A stretch of 64,000 nucleotides of DNA from an uncultured Flavobacteriales bacterium (GTDB lineage: Bacteria; Bacteroidota; Bacteroidia; Flavobacteriales_D; CAJJDF01), in assembly GCA_964021785.1 (NCBI GenBank), contig CAXIAX010000001.1:3368-67367 (forward strand), in the 5' to 3' direction. Of this stretch, positions 62,118 through 64,000 are shown piece after piece; within the stretch, counting starts at the first letter, position 1; each line of letters opens with the position of its first letter. The notes below the pieces were generated by a model. It saw only the letters and a program-made list of their open reading frames with translations, ran no database searches and had not been told where the DNA came from. A program made the translations under genes and the position numbers.

Positions 62118-62579
62118 ATGTCATACTTAGGAGAATACATATGTAAACTGGACGCCAAAGGCAGGCTCACGGTTCCTTCTGGTCTAAAAAAACAATTAGA
62201 CAATGAAGGGCGTGAAGGCTTTGTGTTGAACCGTGGGTTCGAAGGTTGTCTGGGTTTGTATCCCCATAAGGATTGGCAAAAGGTTGAGGAAAAGCTAAGT
62301 GAGCTGAATTTATTCGCTATCAAAAACAGACAGTTTGTGCGTCAGTTTCAAAACGGAGCAACAAAACTCGATATGGATGGAAATGGAAGAGTACTTCTTC
62401 CAAAAGATCTTCAAGAGTTTGCAGGTATTTCAAAAGAGGTAGTTCTCTTTGCGTATGCCGACCGAATTGAAATTTGGGACAAAACTAAGTATGACGATTT
62501 GATGAACGAAGAAATTGGTGACTTTGCTGAACTTGCCCAAGAGGTTATGAGTGATAGCAAAGAGGATGAAAAAAGATAG
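62118..62579 (+). CDS. mraZ: Transcriptional regulator MraZ
   Basis: 153 aa with the duplicated SpoVT-AbrB halves (KLDAKGRLTVPSGLKKQL and MDGNGRVLLPKDLQEFAG). Confidence 0.93.
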   Translation: MSYLGEYICKLDAKGRLTVPSGLKKQLDNEGREGFVLNRGFEGCLGLYPHKDWQKVEEKLSELNLFAIKNRQFVRQFQNGATKLDMDGNGRVLLPKDLQEFAGISKEVVLFAYADRIEIWDKTKYDDLMNEEIGDFAELAQEVMSDSKEDEKR

Positions 62580-63477
62580 CAAATATCATATCCCCGTTCT
62601 TTTAAATAGTTCGGTTGAAGGATTGAACATAGTACCAGGTGGAGTTTACGTAGATGTAACTTTTGGTGGTGGAGGTCATTCAAGAAGAATTCTTGAATTA
62701 CTTGATGAAAACGGAAAACTTTTCGCTTTTGATCAAGATGCCGAAGCGCATGAAAACTCAATTGACGATTCTCGTTTTACTTTGATAGACCAAAATTTTG
62801 CGTTTATCAAAAATTACCTTGCCTTTCATGGAATAGAGAAAGTGGATGGAATCTTGGCAGATTTAGGAGTTTCTTCTCATCAGTTTGATTCTGGTGAAAG
62901 AGGTTTTTCTATTCGCTATGAAGGTGATTTAGATATGCGAATGAATCAAAGTCAAGAGTTATCAGCAAAACGTGTAGTAAATGATTACGAAGAAGATAAT
63001 CTTGAATTTATTTTCAAGACCTATGGCGAGATTAGAAACGCTAGGTTGGTTGCGAAAAAAATAATAGAAGCAAGAGAATTAAATCCTATCGAAACTACAA
63101 CTCAACTGATTGATATAATAAAGTTGCTGACTACAAGAAAAAAAGAGAATCAGTTTCTTGCTCAGGTGTTTCAAGCAATAAGAATTGAAGTGAACCAAGA
63201 GTTAGAAGTGTTGAAACAATTTTTGGAAGGAGCGAGAGATGTGTTGAAGCCTGAAGGGAGATTGGTGGTTATTTCTTACCATTCTTTGGAGGATAGGTTG
63301 GTGAAAAATTTCATCAAGAAAGGAAAATTTGAAGGAGAGATAGAAAAGGATTTTTACGGAAACCCTTTAGTAGATATGAAAGATATATCGAGAAAAGCAA
63401 TTGTTGCTGATGCAGAAGAGTTGAAGGTGAACTCAAGATCGCGAAGCGCAAAAATGAGAATAGCAGAGAAACTGTAG
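62566..63477 (+). CDS. rsmH: 16S rRNA (cytosine1402-N4)-methyltransferase RsmH (MraW)
   Basis: YHIPVLL, DVTFGGGGHS, DLGVSSHQFD and ISYHSLEDR. The start could be the ATG at 62566 or at 62551, and both overlap the mraZ 3' end. Confidence 0.9.
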   Translation: MKKDSKYHIPVLLNSSVEGLNIVPGGVYVDVTFGGGGHSRRILELLDENGKLFAFDQDAEAHENSIDDSRFTLIDQNFAFIKNYLAFHGIEKVDGILADLGVSSHQFDSGERGFSIRYEGDLDMRMNQSQELSAKRVVNDYEEDNLEFIFKTYGEIRNARLVAKKIIEARELNPIETTTQLIDIIKLLTTRKKENQFLAQVFQAIRIEVNQELEVLKQFLEGARDVLKPEGRLVVISYHSLEDRLVKNFIKKGKFEGEIEKDFYGNPLVDMKDISRKAIVADAEELKVNSRSRSAKMRIAEKL

Positions 63478-63478
63478 C

Positions 63479-63817
63479 ATGGCCGAAAAAAGAATAAACA
63501 TACTGAAACCAATTACTGATGTCTTATCAGGGAATTTCTTTGGGAAAGAGTTTGTTCAAAAGAACATTGGTTTTGTGGTGTATCTCACTTTTTTGGTGAT
63601 GTTATATATAGCGTACGGATACTATGCGGATGGTTTGATGAAAAGGGCCTCCGAATTAGAAAATATGGAAGAATTGAATTCTAAAGATAATTCTACAACT
63701 AAAGAGTTGAATCAAATTAGTCTTCAGTCAAACGTGTTGAAGTTATTAAAAAATACAGGAATAGAGGAGTTGAAACAAGCTCCAATAATTATAAAAGAAA
63801 AAAAGGAAGGTGAGTAG
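63479..63817 (+). CDS. FtsL-like cell-division protein
   Basis: 112 aa with a single TM helix (IGFVVYLTFLVMLYIAYGYY) followed by a coiled-coil-like segment. It occupies the canonical position between rsmH and ftsI. Confidence 0.6.
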   Translation: MAEKRINILKPITDVLSGNFFGKEFVQKNIGFVVYLTFLVMLYIAYGYYADGLMKRASELENMEELNSKDNSTTKELNQISLQSNVLKLLKNTGIEELKQAPIIIKEKKEGE

Positions 63818-64000
63818 TGAAAAAATTATATCAGGGAGAATTTACGCAGTCTATATGGCTGTGTTTGTATTCGCTTTGCTTATAGTTTACAAAATATTTT
63901 CTATTCAAATGACTGTAAAGCCTGCTAATAACCCTTATGTGTCAAGTATTTCTAAGGTGGAGATAAATGCATCAAGAGGAAATATTTTTGCAGATGACAA
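63810..64000 (+). CDS. ftsI: Penicillin-binding protein (FtsI/PBP3-like), N-terminal fragment running off the right edge
   Basis: An open frame from the GTG at 63810 (VSSEKIISGRIYAVYMAVFVFALLIVYKIFSIQMTV...EINASRGNIFADD) continues to the window end. The TM anchor and the RGxIxD motif are typical of FtsI N-termini, and the dcw gene order supports it. It is absent from the ORF track because it has no stop codon. Confidence 0.6.
   Translation, partial: MSSEKIISGRIYAVYMAVFVFALLIVYKIFSIQMTVKPANNPYVSSISKVEINASRGNIFADD

Overview
AT-rich window (about one-third G+C by eye) that looks like a Bacteroidota chromosome, most likely a gliding member of the Flavobacteriia. Support for this: three secreted proteins with T9SS C-terminal sorting domains (two type-A-like, one type-B), gldH, a PorV/PorQ-like barrel, and TAnnTTTG -7 promoter boxes upstream of many genes. 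I found no rRNA, tRNA, CRISPR array, transposase or integrase. Most of the window is housekeeping: greA, a HIT protein, sucD, mnmE, galE, ung, era, holB, a PSP1/RicT-like gene, gldH, PBP1A, scoA/scoB, a deoxynucleoside kinase, a MATE pump, an ohrR-ohr-nitroreductase operon, engB, and the start of the dcw cluster (mraZ-rsmH-ftsL-like-ftsI). The clearly accessory segment is a roughly 14 kb co-directional glycan-assembly locus (16469..30836). It has six glycosyltransferase genes (two of them two-domain fusions), an O-antigen-ligase-family membrane protein, a Wzm/Wzt-type ABC-2 exporter and galE. My best candidate for something undescribed sits inside it. A membrane-anchored protein carries about 430 residues of coiled coil and a C-terminal SAM-methyltransferase-like domain (19639..21708). 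It resembles a WbdD-type chain-length ruler/terminator with inverted architecture. Three neighbouring glycosyltransferases of different folds also end in the same conserved tail (W-Y-x3-Y-x2-[MV]-P-x-W-[WY]-K-K-x-G). Other leads: a TonB-receptor-like barrel / 1387-aa T9SS cargo / PorV-like triad at the left edge; a greA leader in which a promoter-like box precedes an intrinsic terminator; eight in-frame 150-bp tandem repeats in a type-B T9SS adhesin; a WYL-regulator / VOC / alkylation-repair cluster flanked by a Pif1-like helicase and a DnaQ-GIY-YIG nuclease; a GC-rich structured intergenic element; a GT-C-like membrane protein splitting scoA from scoB; and phased MraZ-box repeats at the dcw promoter. 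All functional calls rest on motifs I read in the translated ORFs. No database search was run.
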